DNA from: Lama glama
Lineage: Eukaryota
DNA length: 63,777 nt
Direction of reading: 5' to 3'
Assembly (NCBI GenBank): GCA_028534125.1
Contig: CM052817.1
Span: 58,344,224 to 58,408,000 of the forward strand
Shown: positions 14,701 through 29,000 of the stretch, one piece after another
How the letters are laid out: the number at the start of each line of letters is the position of its first letter
How positions within the stretch are numbered: position 1 is the first letter of the stretch
Notes under the pieces: model-generated
Told to the model about the DNA's origin: nothing
The model's database searches: none
What the model saw: only the letters and a program-made list of their open reading frames with translations
Program-made: the position numbers and the translations under genes

Positions 14701-14944
14701 TACACTATAGGATGAAAACTTCAAAATTAAAAGCAGGAAGATAATTTATACTTTTTTGTTAGATTTGAAGATGTAATTTATATTCAACACACATATCTAT
14801 GTGAAGATTATATATATGTGTGTATTTATGTAGAAATATATATAGTGAATAATATATATATATACTTACTTATATATATTTTCTCATCTCTTGAATGATA
14901 ATCATCATTCATCATGATGGACATAGATGGCAAGATGAGTTAGG

Positions 14945-15130
14945 AATACATAGACTGGAAGCAGAAAACTTAAATTTGAATTTCCCCATTTACTTACTAG
15001 CTGGCTGTCTTTGGAAAATTGGCTAATATCCCTGAACCCATTTTGTTTTCTTTTCTATAAATGGGGATAATGAAACCAAATTTGCTGGTGTGGAGAAGGT
15101 TAGAGATAATGCTTATAATGTGTCAGCAGA
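14945..15130 (+). mobile_element. MIR SINE
   Basis: atttacttactagctggctgtctttggaaaattggctaatatccctgaacc...ctataaatggggataatg, MIR core. Confidence 0.65.
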
Positions 15131-15404
15131 GTTATTTCATATTCTGTTTGTACTGTGACCCAGATCAACACAGTGAGGCTGGTGGATGCTTGTTTATGTC
15201 TCAATGTAGTATTTTGAATGTACTAATAGGATTTAAATCTGAAAAATATGATATTTCTTATTACTTGGGTACATAAATTTCCAAAAGTGAAATTATTATG
15301 TTAGTATACATGAAACAATCCTTGGGAATTGGATAGATAGTTGTGATTTAATGTCAGTATGTCTTTCTTCTTCTTGGCCAATTGTCATCTGAATTTTTAT
15401 CAAC

Positions 15405-15625
15405 ATTAGATAAAAACATGGACTTTGAAGTCAGAGAGACTTGGTTTAAAGCCCTGAATTAGCTACTTCAGAGCTCTGTAGGCATTTTATTAACCTCTCA
15501 TTTCTGTAAAAATAAATAAATAATAATTTCCTGAAAAAGATATTGTGAGGGTTAAATGAAATAGCATATTTAAAAAGCTTATCATAGTGCATGATACAGA
15601 AAACTCAGTAAATGTTAACTACTTT
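15405..15625 (+). mobile_element. MIR SINE
   Basis: atggactttgaagtcagagagacttgg...attgtgagggttaaatgaaatagcatatttaaaaagctt...ctcagtaaatgttaactact. Confidence 0.75.
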
Positions 15626-17631
15626 ATTGTTTTATTCATTATCATTGTTATTCCTATTGCAGTGACTTTTTCATCTCTCTTAAAAAATCAGACTTGATTT
15701 TGCACAATTTTAAAAGTACTAAAGTTATGGGTAATGGGATAGATAGCAATGCTTTTGGAGAAAGATTTATAACCAGTAATCTGTTGGTGTTAACATGGGG
15801 AAACAATGAATACAATCACTTACTTAAGAGTTACCACGTTTCAGATAGGATTCTTTCAAAGTTTGATCCACCCATAATTTTTTAGTTTTTTAGTTGTTGT
15901 TCTTGTGCTGCCAAACATTGGTATATTTGTGTAATATTTCTATAATTCTACATAAGACTATGAACTTATAAATGACATTGTTAAGGTAACTCACCAAAAA
16001 AACTGATTAATACTATAATACAGCAATAATGAAAGAGACAATTGTAGGAAAAGAATAGGAAGGGCTAATTTATGCTCCTGGATAACATACTTTTAAAATG
16101 AATTTATTTTACTGGCAAAGTCATAAAGTCTAACCTAAAAATAAACAAAGATAATAATAAGTAGATATACAAAGATTTATTGAAGGAAAACAAGATATGA
16201 TAGATGAACATCCTTGACATTAGTCAAGACTGATGTCATTAAAGAAGACAGTTATCGGTTCCTACTCTATTGTCTATTTCCATCTATCATTTATCTACTA
16301 TCAAAGGACAAGGTGATTGTACTCTGGTCCTAAATCATTATGAAAAATTTGTTTTTATTTGACACAATACAGATAATGAAATAATGAATTGATCAATATC
16401 AGCATATTTGAAATATGAAAAATAACAGTATTTGTGATTTTTTAATTGACATGCTAGTATCAATGAAAAAAATTAGAAAGACATGAGTGGTAAAACGTTA
16501 TGCAGTTCTAATGTCATTCCTGTATAATTTTGGTTATCATCATTGTAAAAGAACTTATAAAGGTATATACATTGAAAGACTATTTTTAATAATTGTGAAA
16601 TATTGTCATATTCTTTAACTCATTTGCAAAAAGCTATACTTCTAATATATCTCTTTCCTTATACTTATGAATGGAGTGGAGAGAGAAATCCGTTGATTTT
16701 GAGTCTTATTCTGCCGTGTCTGAAGGCCCTTTCAGAATGTCCTCGTGGAGACATTCCCTCTGTGTTTCCTGGATTTGGCTTAAGGACATTCACTGAAAAA
16801 AAGTGCAGGGAGAGCTGGGATAACTTTGGGTTCTGAATACTTTCTAAAGACATAGATTCTATCCCCAAAATCTTCCGTGGACTTACCCTTTCTTTGCTTG
16901 CTGGACTAGATTTGAGTGCAATCTGTGATCGGAGAAATGATTTTGAGGATTGTCTCTAAAACATCTTGTTCCATAGCACAGTTTTTCTAAATCTCTCTCT
17001 TTTTTTTCCCCCTACGCACTTGGGATGTTTTATAGCACCCGCAAGATATTTTCTATTTGTTATTCTCATTCTTTTCTTCCTAATATAGTACCTGTGCGCC
17101 AACCGATGTGGTGCCAGGAGTACTTGATTGATTTTATGTTCTTAAAACTATTTTAAATGTATCCCAGAATATCTTTTTCTTCTGTCTAGGCTTTGAAAAG
17201 TCTTAAATATTTACTCTGAACTCATACTGAGATCAAGGCTTTAAATTTAAGTTCCTTAAAACAGGGACTTGCTCTATTCACAGGGAGGTTTAACTGGTGG
17301 AGGTAATTTAGCTTTGACTGTTTACTTCTGACTGGAGAAAAAGGGTAATAATAGATCAGAAAAGGAGGCAGCAAAAATTAGTGAAGGAGCATGGTGGTTT
17401 GTTATATTCAAGTTAGGGTTTGAAGGATCTAAAAGAGATAGTTTAAAGGATTTTACTTCTGTCAAGGAACCCTTTAAGAAGGTAAATCTGGGATCGGAAT
17501 TTCTTTGAGACCTCCTCAAACCAAGAAAAATCCAGGCAATTGAATATTTGGGATTTTGTTTTTGATATTAAGGCTCTTTTCATATTAACAATTTTATTCA
17601 TAATGAAAACTCCCCAGTTTGCCTATATTAT

Positions 17632-18010
17632 CATCTTAGTTAGTTTGGACTACCATAACAAACTACACCATACTGGGTGCTTTAAATAACAGAAATTTAT
17701 TTTCTCATAGTTCATAAGGCTAGAGTTCCAAAATGAAGGTGCCAGTGTGGTCAGTTTCCGGTGAGAGCTTTCTTTCCTGGCTTGTGGATGACTGCCTCCT
17801 CACAGTGTCCTTACGTGGAATGGAGAGAGAAAGGGAGCAAGCTCTCTGGTGTCTCTTCCTGTATGGACACTAATCTCATCTTGAGGGCCTCACCCTCGGG
17901 ACCTCATCTGAGCTTAATTATCTCCCAATGGCCCCATCTCCAAATGCCATCACATTGTGAGTTATAGCTTCAGCATCTAAGTCTGGGGGAACACAATTCA
18001 GTCCAAAGCA
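17632..18010 (-). mobile_element. MaLR solo LTR (MLT1A-like) with 5-bp TSD ATTAT
   Basis: Full-length MLT1A-type sequence; ATTAT at 17627-17631 and 18011-18015. Confidence 0.88.
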
Positions 18011-18129
18011 ATTATCTATTTTGAAATTATTTCATTTAGAAAGAAAGCATTCCAATTAGACTATTGTGAAAATGGAGTTAAGAGACAAATATGTGAGGGT
18101 CTAGCAGTGGTTGGTCCAGGTGCTTTTTT

Positions 18130-18372
18130 TTTTTTCTTTATGTTTTTTTTTAACATTTTTTATTGATTTATAATCACTTTACAATGTTGTGTCAAATTCC
18201 ACTGTTCAGCACAATTTTTCAGTCATTCATGGACATATACACACTCATTGTCACATTTTTTTCTCTGTGATTTATCATAACATTTTGTGTATATTTCCCT
18301 GTGCTATACAGTGTAATCTTGTTTATCTGTTCTACAATTTTGAAATCCCAGTCTATCCCTTCCCACCCTCAA
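18130..18372 (-). mobile_element. Young camelid-type L1 3' end with 17-bp TSD
   Basis: TSD GGTCCAGGTGCTTTTTT at 18113-18129 and 18373-18389; poly-T tail; nearly identical to the copy at 29954-30134. Confidence 0.93.
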
Positions 18373-20844
18373 GGTCCAGGTGCTTTTTTGTTCCTTCTAT
18401 CTATACGCTGGTACATACAAGTTGGCTGTATCTAATAGCAGACACAAGAAATCTTTAATCTCTGATGGATGAATGTTTGGATATGAGACATATCTGGAAC
18501 TAAACTGTCACATACAGAATAAGACAAGCCCAGGAAAGCTCTCATGTTTCTATAATAGGGGCTGCAAAGCAAATTCTATCCTAATATATAGCTGTTGATT
18601 AAACAAGATTATTTTGTTTATTAGTTCTTTGAATTGGCTCCAGTGTAACTCTAGTTGAACTTATGTCTGTCTTCTTCCCTATGTATTAACCTCTATATGC
18701 TTGCAAAAGAAAAAAAGATGAAAACAGTCAAGAAGACCAGCAATATTTTTAGTAACAAGACGGATTTCTACCAATTATGAATGTTTAGGTCTGATCAGAT
18801 AATCAAAAGATCCCTAAAAGCCAGGATCAATCTCTGACACAATTTAGTACTACAGCCAGAGAGAGCATTCTTCGTGCTTTATAATGTCTAACTGCCATTT
18901 GTTCTTTTTCAACATGACAAAGGAGAAGATAACTGAGGGTGAAGCTAAAGTGTAGCCATTTGAAACACTGACCCTGGACTACCTCTATAAGAATTTTACA
19001 AAGCTGGCATTTTTCTCATAGCTATTTTAGGTTTTTGCCAACTTATCCAAAAAAAAGTCACATCTTTCAAATTCCTTTAACATCTTTATCATCCGTTATT
19101 TAATAAGGACACTAATCTTGGCTTCTGTTTGGTAATATTTGTACTTTCCATATTAAATGACAAAGGTGCCATTACTGTGATGTCATATTCTATGATGATA
19201 GATTGGACCAGTATCATTAATGCCATTTTCTGATACTAATAAATCCATGTTATGTTTTATGTTGTCACAAATATATTATTGATAATCTGAGAATAAATAA
19301 ACTAATGTATATCAGAATTTGAATTTGAATATTAAAAACTTCTATTTTACATACGCACACAATTATTCATGGATCTGTACACATTATTTTTCATGTCAAA
19401 GGAGGACTGGAGTACTAACCCGTTGTACTAAAGAGATTTTCAAAGGCTAGTATTTTCTCTGGGCTGAAATCAGTAGCCTTTCAGAAATAGTATTCCAATG
19501 AGTATCTAAATAAATTTGTGACTGAAGTAATAATCTCAAGGTTTTGTGGGCTAGGAATCTTAATTCACACTGGAATATAAATTAAATTATGCTGTGTCTT
19601 ATTTAAATATACATAATTTCTGGATGTTGTGGTGATTTCTGGACATTTCTTTAATTGCAATGATACAAAGTTTAGACATGACTTCCATCCATCCAAGAAG
19701 GCTATTGGGGTTTGAGGAGAGGGAGTGTTCTAATAAAGAAAATGATGCTTCAGAATTAAGAGATTTGTTGGGAAAGTTAGATGCTTCTCCTTTAGGGAGA
19801 GATCTAGAGGAAGTTAAGAAAGTTTTGATATTGCTGTTATGGTTCCTTCCTCCTCCCTCTTAAACTGCATGGTGTCCTCTGGGAATATTGGGCTGTTACA
19901 GTTATTTGTTATATTTGGTGAATGCACAGAACATTGCTATATTTCTTAACTTATTTGGTTACATGTTTCTAGAGTCTTTTCTTTTACCCATTGGATTAGT
20001 GGTATGTATTATTCAAGATTAGCTCCTGTGGACATTTACCATTTGTTTATAAATTGAAAACTTTGGTTTCACAAGATGAAATATCAACCACTTGCTTAAT
20101 AGTTGTGATTCTGCATAACATGGCCCCAGAGCAGTTTTTACCTATGTAATATGCTTCCTGATTTCACCTGCTCAACCGTGGGTTGTAGCTATGCTAATTT
20201 CCTCAAAGGCCATCCTTATTCTGGCTTCTGTATTTTTACTTAAGTTGGACTCTCTACCTCCTTCTCTTCCAACCAAATCATACTCAAATTAGTTGATAAT
20301 GTCACTGTCTCTTCTAAATGGAAATTTTGGTATAGAATGAACTGATCTTAAATATTAGGCAATTACTTCATATGAAGCAAAATAGAAGAAGGCTAGGGGA
20401 AGATGGTTTTTTGTTTGTTTTTTGCAATTCAGAATCTGTTCTAATGATGGTAAGGGGTAAGTACCCTAAAATCGTTAGCTGTAATATATTTAACTTCTTT
20501 GTGTTATTTAAATCATCTATTGAAACTATGTACTTTACATATTTCTTTGTGGTTTGTAATTCATGTGTAAAATTCTGAAGAGTGGCAATTTTTTAGGTGA
20601 TAACTGAATAATTTATATAACTTTTAAAAGTGAGGATGAACATTATGTAGATTATATTACCCCTCATCCTTTTGGAAAGTGAAGCCCATTAAATAACCGT
20701 CAGGATTACAGAGCTAAAGACTAATCAATTATGTCTCATAACCTGAGAGGGAGTCTCCATATATCTAATGTAATTTCTTCAACAAAGATTAATAATTCAT
20801 TTGATGCTTGTTCTTTTATTTTGATCAGCCAAAAAGGTATTGCT

Positions 20845-20940
20845 AAAGAGGAACAGAGAAAAGGGAGAGGGCAAGGGTAGAAGAGGAGGAGGGCGGTGAC
20901 AAGGAGGGAAAAGGGGAGGGGGAGGAGGAGAGAGAGGGAT
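20845..20940. repeat. GA-rich low-complexity polypurine tract
   Basis: aaagaggaacagagaaaagggagaggg...aaggggagggggaggaggagagagaggg. Confidence 0.8.
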
Positions 20941-21943
20941 TTATTATGTGATAACATTGACTGTATTATGTTTGAAGTAAAAGGAGATATATAGGAAAAA
21001 ATTGAAAGATTCAGCTATTAGAAAAAATAGTCTTATTTTATCATGTAACTACTCATTACTTTCAATCAGGTTCAAAAATTAGAGACCAAAAGATGTGAGA
21101 GAAAATTTACTGAGCTCTTTCTGATAAAAAGAAAAAAAATGAAATTACCTAGGATACTTTCTCTTTTCACAGTCTGTATGTATGTAATAATCATCAGTAT
21201 TAAAAACAAGCAAACAAACACCTAGCTAACAAAGTTCCCGAGTCAGAACAACTTCAGGCTGAAAGGAGAAGTGTGAGGTGATTATAAAAGCTGACACACA
21301 AGAAAATTGTATATATTTTTGTGTAATAAATGGCAACACCCATAGGAAAATTATATTCAACATAGTTTCACTTACATATAGTTATATAGAATATTTTTTC
21401 CATATGTTTTGAAATATTTCTTTTAAAAGATTATAATTTAATTTATTTGTGGTTCTAGTCTTGCTTCCTTGACAAATCCATGTAGAGTATTTTTTTTAAC
21501 AATTTATGATGACGCATATCTAAAAAGAATGACAGTAAAATGCATTTTGGTTTAACTATCCTTCCTCTGTGGAAATTATCTATCTAAATCCTATGTAGAA
21601 TGCTTTTCAAATTCTATATCAAGCACCTTATCTCCTTTCCCTTAAAAAATATTATTTTTTCTGTGTTCTAGAGCCCAGAATATCAGATTATAGAAATTTT
21701 TAATTAAGCATTATTTAAATGATACAGGCCTTGTCATTCATTTTTCCCCCAGAATGTATAACAATTATGACTTCATCAAAAATTCATATAGAATTATTTT
21801 GAGTGGTAGAACAGGTTCTTATTTATACTTGCTATAGCAAAGTTGCTCCAAATATAGCTCCCAAGTCTCTTTCTAGGTTTGAAATGAGAGACATAACTGG
21901 GAAATTCAACATATTTACTAGACTTTTTTTTCTCTAGATGAAT

Positions 21944-21983
21944 TGTGTATATATATATATGTATTTACATAGAGGTATATATA

Positions 21984-22023
<40 letters not shown>
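21944..22023. repeat. Compound (TA)n microsatellite; longest pure run (TA)15 at 21994-22023
   Basis: Directly visible. Confidence 0.95.
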
Positions 22024-22027
<4 letters not shown>

Positions 22028-22274
22028 TGTTAGTATTATTATTTTTTATTTCCATAGTATTGAGCTGTAGACAAGTGCTGAATGAGAATTTTAACTACCA
22101 GTCAGTCCCTTGTAATTTTCCTTTATAATTTTTAAACACAGTAACATGTGGGCAAGTTTTTGTGGCACTCATGTCAAGAATTTTTTTGTGTCATTTAGGT
22201 AACAATTTTAATGAAAACCTGTCCAGGGGCATCAAAATCTCTTTGTCATTAGTTATGTAAGTGCTCTTTATGAC

Positions 22275-22645
22275 AGTACTGCTTATCTATTGCTGTGCAA
22301 CAAATTTTCCTAAAATTGAATGGCTTAAAACAGCAAATATCATTCATCATTCATGATTTTGAGGGGGTCAGGAATTCAGGCCGGGTACAGCAGAGAGCTT
22401 TCCTCTGCTGTGTGGTATTCAAGACTTCAGCTAAAATAAATGCCCTTTCACTCACATTCTGTGATTGTTGATGGATGTCAACTGGGGGCTTAGATGGAAC
22501 TATGAGCCAGAGCATCCATGTGGACTTAGATTCCTCACAGCACGGCCTCTGGGTCCCAACAGTGAGTGTCCCCAGAGAGAGCTGGACAGAAGGCACAAAA
22601 CAGGATGGGATATATGTTGATGTGGCCATCTTTGGAGAAGCCAAT
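22275..22645 (-). mobile_element. MaLR LTR fragment (MLT1G/H-like)
   Basis: ttatctattgctgtgcaacaaattttcctaaaattgaatggcttaaaacagc...ggtcaggaattcaggc. Confidence 0.7.
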
Positions 22646-23330
22646 CTTGTACAATGTATATTAACAGCCCTGCAAAGTTTAGCATGGATAATTTAATGAA
22701 CAAAGTACATACCTTCTACTTTAATTACTCAGAAGCAGTAGTGTGCCACTGATGACAAACTTCACAGAGCTCTAGTGCTACTATCGTTCCTATATATAGC
22801 CTTCTGTGGACGCCTGGAAAATACCTAACCTAGGGTCTTACACTCTAAATGGTGTCTGTACAGATGAAGAAATGCTGATAAACTTTTTAATACTTAAGTT
22901 ATCTGAGAAGCAGTAATAGTTGTCTATGTCTTTATTCTTTCTTGTATGTTCTCCATGTTATATATGTTTATGTGGATATAATGTATATATGTACTGTATG
23001 TGTTATATATAACATGCATATATGTTCACACACACACAAACTCCATACAATTTATTTTTAAATAACCTAACAATCTTGATCACAGTTGGAAGAAGGCAGC
23101 TAGAATGACAAGGTAATAAACTCCTCAACATTAAAGTTGTTGAAGCATGAGCTGAATGGCCTGAATGGACACATCAGAGAATTTGAAGTGGAAGAGGACA
23201 GTAGTGGGAGCCATATAGATTCAGTCATTAGGTGGGAGTTCAAACTGAAGCTCCTTTTATTTATTTATAGTTCATTTAATTATTGATATTAGTGCAAATA
23301 ATTCTTTAGTCCTTTCCCTAAAATGGCCAT

Positions 23331-23711
23331 TGAGTAGTCTGGAAGTGCTGCCATAACCAAGCACCACAGACTGGATGGCTTAATGGAAACTTACGTTCTC
23401 ACAGTCCTGGAGGCTAGAAGTTTGGGTTCAGGGTATCCACAGGTTTGACTTTTTCTGAGACCCCTCTCTTTGGTTTGTCGATGGCCGTCACCTCTCTTGT
23501 CTACACTTGATCTTCCCTCTGGGTGCGTCTGTGTCCCAATCTCTTCTTATAAGGATACATGTAATATAGGATTAGGATCCACACTGATGTCCTCATTTTA
23601 ACCTAATTACCTCTTTAAAGACCCTTTCGCCATATACAGTTAAATTCTGAGGTAGTGGGGATTAGGATCTCCACATGAATTTTGGGGGGGAACACATTTT
23701 CACATATAACA
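23331..23711 (-). mobile_element. MaLR solo LTR (MLT1B-like) with 5-bp TSD GCCAT
   Basis: gctgccataaccaagcaccacagactggatggctta...cttcttataaggatac...taaca; GCCAT at 23326-23330 and 23712-23716. Confidence 0.88.
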
Positions 23712-25585
23712 GCCATTAGATGTTTTTCTGTTTAATAAAGTAAAATAACACTATCCATAAATTTCTTCCTCTGCAATCAGTAGAGAAGAGGGGGTCAGGA
23801 GGGATTTATAAATGCTTATCCCATGTTCAAAATTCAAGAAACCCATTGGCTATATCAGCTTGCATTTGATGTGTCAAGGATACATTATGGTCTGCCTCAA
23901 ACACTCCAGTGCTTGGGTTGTAGTTAATAAAATAGGTACCCTTACATACTGAATTCACATTTTTACATTGTTCTATTTTCCGCTGTCACTCATAAGATTT
24001 CAATTTCATTCTGGAAAATATTTGTATGATGTAAAGATTTGTGAAAATAACTGTTCAAAAGCTGAGGCAAGAAATAAATTGATATTAAACTGGTTAAAAA
24101 CATGCAATTTCTAGGAACAAAATTTTATAATAAACCTGATAACTGTCCAAATATGTGTCACAAGATGAAAGGTTACTATTGTACTCAACAACAAAAGTAC
24201 CAGAATTTGGATAATGTGAGATAAGCCTGACTAAATTTAATGATTTTTTTACGTTTATAGTTTTGTCTAATGTTTCCAGGATATAGTTATTTTTTTCTGT
24301 TTCCATTTTTTCTCTAGTCAGTTTTTATTTCATATATTAATAATTTCTATGCAACTTATTAACATCTTTTAAAATATCCCAATGATATTATCCTTACACA
24401 ATATGATTGTGCAATGCATTTTTAAATTTTTAACTACTTTTTAAGTTACCTCTAAATTAATTTGGAAGTCTTCACTTACTGCTTTTGCAAATTCTTTTTT
24501 CTTATCCATTCGTACTTTTACTGTATTTTCTGTTTTTGTAGTATACTGAGAATTGTCTTTCATATTAATAAAAAAGCAAATAAATATAAACTGTAATTAT
24601 GTATTTGAAATAAAAGTGTTAACATTTCTGAATACTCTGCACTCTTACTGTTTCCCCTCCTTTCCACTGGGCTACCACTTCCAATGACAGAAAGTCTTCA
24701 CCATTTCCCACTCCATTTATTTCAGTAGCATTGTTAGTGGTCTCACCTGACCTTGTTCCTGTACTTAGACATTGCCCAAGCTGCTTGTAGGAAATATAAA
24801 GCTAATCATGTTGTGTCTTTGTTAAATGATTGGTTAGCACATCCTCGTTAACTTCAGAATCAAACACTAATGTTTTAGAATTGCTTAGAAGGCCTTTAAG
24901 GTATTGGCTATAATCTGTATCTCTGTTCTTCAACTTCCCGTGTCTTGTATATGGCCCCAGCCACATGGAATTATTTGAATTTCTCAAGATATGTAACTTT
25001 TCTCATATGTCATTGCCTTTTAGCACTCTTTTCTGTGCTTGGCTAGCATCTTCTCTTTCCCCTAACGCCTCACTTAGTTCATTTTTCTTCACTCTCATTC
25101 ACTAGGCAAATATTTATTGAGTGTTTCCTCATATTATCTATGAATAATATGTAACTAAGTTATATATGACAAGTACTAAGTAACAGGAGTGAACAAGATA
25201 GTAGCAGTCCTTCTGTTCCAGTCCTGCTGATTACTTCCCTAGCTGTCCTCCATGATAGCACTTCCTGTATGGTATTGTTTTCCCACTACACAAAATTACA
25301 CCACGGTAAAACCTTTGCTGTACCTATTACAATGCCTGGACATGGTCTAGCTCAGTGAATGCCACTAATGTAATGATTATGTAGGACTGCTTTTGCTGAG
25401 TTTATTTGTAGTCATGATGCAATGACTTATATTTTATCTGCTTATTTTACAATTCCTCTTTCAATTCTGGACTAATATTATTTCATCAGATGAGCCCTTT
25501 ATAAGGAATGAATCAAGGACACCAATTCAAAGGAAATATTTAGAGGTTCTCCAAAACTGGAATGTAACACCAAAATGTCATTGTT

Positions 25586-25700
25586 TATTTATTTTTGTTT
25601 GTCTATATTTTATCGTTTTTTAATGAAGGTACTGGGGATTGAACCCAGGACCTCATGTGTGCTAAGCACTCACTCTGCACCTGAGCTGTAGCCTTTCCCA
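25586..25700 (-). mobile_element. Camelid tRNA-derived SINE (Vic-1-like) with 14-bp TSD
   Basis: gaaggtactggggattgaacccaggacctcatgtgtgctaagcac...ctgagctgtagcc. Minus strand has B box GGTTCAATCCC and A-box-like CAGCTCAGGTG. TSD AAAATGTCATTGTT at 25572-25585 and 25701-25714. Confidence 0.9.
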
Positions 25701-25719
25701 AAAATGTCATTGTTGCCCT

Positions 25720-26030
25720 GTACAGTTATCAACCAGAGAACTAGAACTAGCAGATTGGCTTATGTGATTGTGGGGGCTGGCTGGGCAAGCCCCAGATCTG
25801 GAATGCACAGCATCAGGAAGGGCAGGCTGGACATTTTGACAAGGGCAGAATTTTTATCTTCATCAAGAAGCCTCAACTGCGCTTAGGGCTTTTGAACTCA
25901 TTGAATAAGCCTCACCCAGATTATCCATAATCTCCCTTACTTAAAGTCAACGGTAATGAACTGTTATCATAACTACAAAATGTCTTCCCAGCACATCTAC
26001 AGCAGTGTTTGATTGAATAACTGGAGTCTG
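25720..26030 (-). mobile_element. ERVL LTR (MLT2-like) fragment
   Basis: attggcttatgtgattgtgggggctggc...cacccagattatc...aatctcccttacttaaagtcaac...gtgtttgattgaataactgg. Confidence 0.75.
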
Positions 26031-29000
26031 ATATGTCAAAAAAATCAAAGGTAGTTGTAAATAGTAATGTGTGGTAACGTCTAAAAACTTCTTTACTATT
26101 TCTCCAGCATTGTCCTAAGCACTTCACATGTAGTAATTAATTAAATACTCAGAACAACCTAAGAAGATACTGTTTTTATTCATATTTTACTGGTAAGAAA
26201 AAACTGCAGAGAGGTAAATTTGACTTGCAAATAGATTCTATTAAAACGTGTCTACTTTACAAAGCATTTATTTTTGTCATTTAAGTTTACTAGTGTATTT
26301 CAAGCCCCTATAACAGTGCTGGGCAAGAAAAATTAATAGCAACTGATTAAAAATAAATTTGAAAATATATTTTTATAAATCGTATATTTTTCTTTGCCAT
26401 AGACAAGTGTAACTGATGGCAGGTTTCACCTTGATCCTTGACACTCATTCTCCAATGGAGCAATAGTAAAACAATTGTTGTCAGTCATTTTGAAGAGCAG
26501 AGTTTGGAATTAGGAGCATTTGTGTGATGAGTCAGAGTTATGTTAGGAGGTAAATTGATTAATGATTACATACCTTTTTAGGATAAAGAATTCAGGTATA
26601 AGACTATTACTCAAAAAGCTCAACTATTAAATTTATTACTTCAGAACACTTGATACGTTGTATTTAAATGAGAATCAACATGAAGTATCATCAGTGGTAT
26701 AGGGTCTGGAGGCAAACTGATTAAAATCTGGTTTTGTTCCTCCCAAGCCGTGTGACCTTGAACAGTGCTCCAACAGGGATAATAATATTACTTACCGTGT
26801 AGAATTTTTCTGAGAAATAAAGACAACACTGTAAGTATAAATGCACAGTTAATACATGGAACCATGCCAGCACATAATTTTCTTTAAACGTTTGTTTAAA
26901 AAGCATTACTCTTTCAGTGGGTTAAGCTTTACCAGTGGATTGTTACATAGTAAATATATGGATCCTGGATATTTGGAAAGAAAAATAGAAAAGAGAACTC
27001 TTTCATGTCAAAAAGCAAATACTTTTCTTTTAAGCTTACAATTTGCACATTAATAGTAAACTATTCTGATGAATTGGAGTGGCACCTTCAAATGTACTTA
27101 TAAATGATAATTATAAGTTAACTGTGCTCTAAGCACCTTCAATAATTTGAATGTTTTAATTTTGCATGAAAGAAAAAAATGTCTCTTCTAATAAATCTTT
27201 GGCATTTTTGTGAACATTTTTTAAAATATATTGCTTTCTTAGTGCTTTAAAATTGTTTTTATAAATTAAAAGACCAAATGAGATAGAAATTTAGTAAATA
27301 AATAACATGATTTTGATACATACAACTGGAGAGCAATTTACAATTTCACCATTTAGGTTTTGCATCTTAGTTGTTATGGGTGTGAAAGAAACATTTTGTA
27401 GAATACGGTAATAATAGAGAGTCATTTCATGTAATAGCATATGCTTTGTGGTGTGAGAAAAGGTTACATGGCAAAGTCAGAATACTCAATCTTAAATCTA
27501 CGTCTGTACCAACTTTAGCAGATTTTGGACTTAGGAGTCCCCTAGGTTTGATCATTTTTGGTGTTCATATACTTTAATTACCTAGAAATAAATGAAGGTG
27601 GTGCTTAGAACAAAACCTTAGGATAAATAATTCTTGTGACTCTCAAACATTTCCCTTCATTTTAAAACCACTGTTGTATAATCTCATATCAACTGTCAGT
27701 GTTTCATGTCTGTCTGAATCATTCTTTTCATATTGATCAATGGTTGCTGACAACTGACTTCCTCTGGATAAAGTTCTGGAAGTTCTATATGTAACCTTCT
27801 CTGAATGCCCTGATTAGTGACCCCAATCTTGGCAAAAAGGCTCTATCTGTCTAGAAAGAAATGGGGACTTTAATTTTTCAGTCAGCCTTCCTCGACATTC
27901 CCAAGTAACAGAAGGCTATGATGGGATTATCTGCGCTTCATGCAATTTATTTACAACAGCAGTTCTTTTCACAGAAGAGCAAATTTAGCATATAAATTTG
28001 TAGGTTGGTGCCTCAAATTATTATTTGCATCTTTGGTTAGAAGAAATAGTGAAGTGTACTGATTTTTTTTCAACTCATGGAGCTGTAAACCTACTTGAAT
28101 ATACAATGCCTTGACCCTGGCTCATGTTTTTTAAGTTACATTATAAAATAATTGTCTGCTTTTCCATAAATTTACCTTCATTAAATTTAGAAGTCAGTAA
28201 ATTTGTTCATACATTTTTAAAGCTAACTTTGTAAATACAATTAAATAATGTAATTAAAACTTGGGAATTTGTTTGTTTTCTTCTCTGCTTTCTCTGAAAG
28301 CCAGTTTTTCCCATCGTAAGAGTTAAGTCTAAATAGTGAACTGTTTGTACTTGATGTGGTTTGGAAAGCAGAGAAATCATCTTTATGTCAAATCAGGGTT
28401 CCGATAATTTTGACAGTACCTAAGCATGCCACTATAATTCAGTCATTGAGATTAAAAATCAAAAACCCCTGGTAATAAATAGATGGATTTGAGAGGAATC
28501 CATGAAATAAGTATCGTCCCTTTAACAATTATAGAATAATCAACTGGGCTAGCCACTACAATTCCTTCTGAAAAAGTGATTTTTCTTTGGGGTGGAGGGT
28601 AGGGAAAGGGAGAAGGGGGAGGCATTAAGAAAATGAAATTAAATTTGATATAATTAAATTAGAAAAATAGTTTTCTTCAAGGAATTTCTAGAAGTTACAT
28701 TGTTTTGAGGCCAACATCAGTATTTCTCACATCTGTTCACCTACTCTGTTTTCATGACTGTATTTCAAAACTTTTTATTTTTCCTGTTTATGAAAGTAAA
28801 AGATCATTATAAGAAATTTGCAAAACACTAAAAGCTGTAGAGAAGAAAATGATATCATCTGTTGTCAAATAACCCAAATTTTAATTCTTGTAATTTTTAT
28901 ACATTTACCTTTAAAATGGTGTAGTATATAAGCAGTGTTTCTCAGTTGTGAAAGAGATTTGCATTCTTTCACAAAGTTCAGCATAATTAGCAAACCGTAT

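Noticed and set aside
25586..25700. tRNA gene (A and B boxes)
   Set aside because: No complete cloverleaf; A-rich tail and TSD identify a tRNA-derived SINE.
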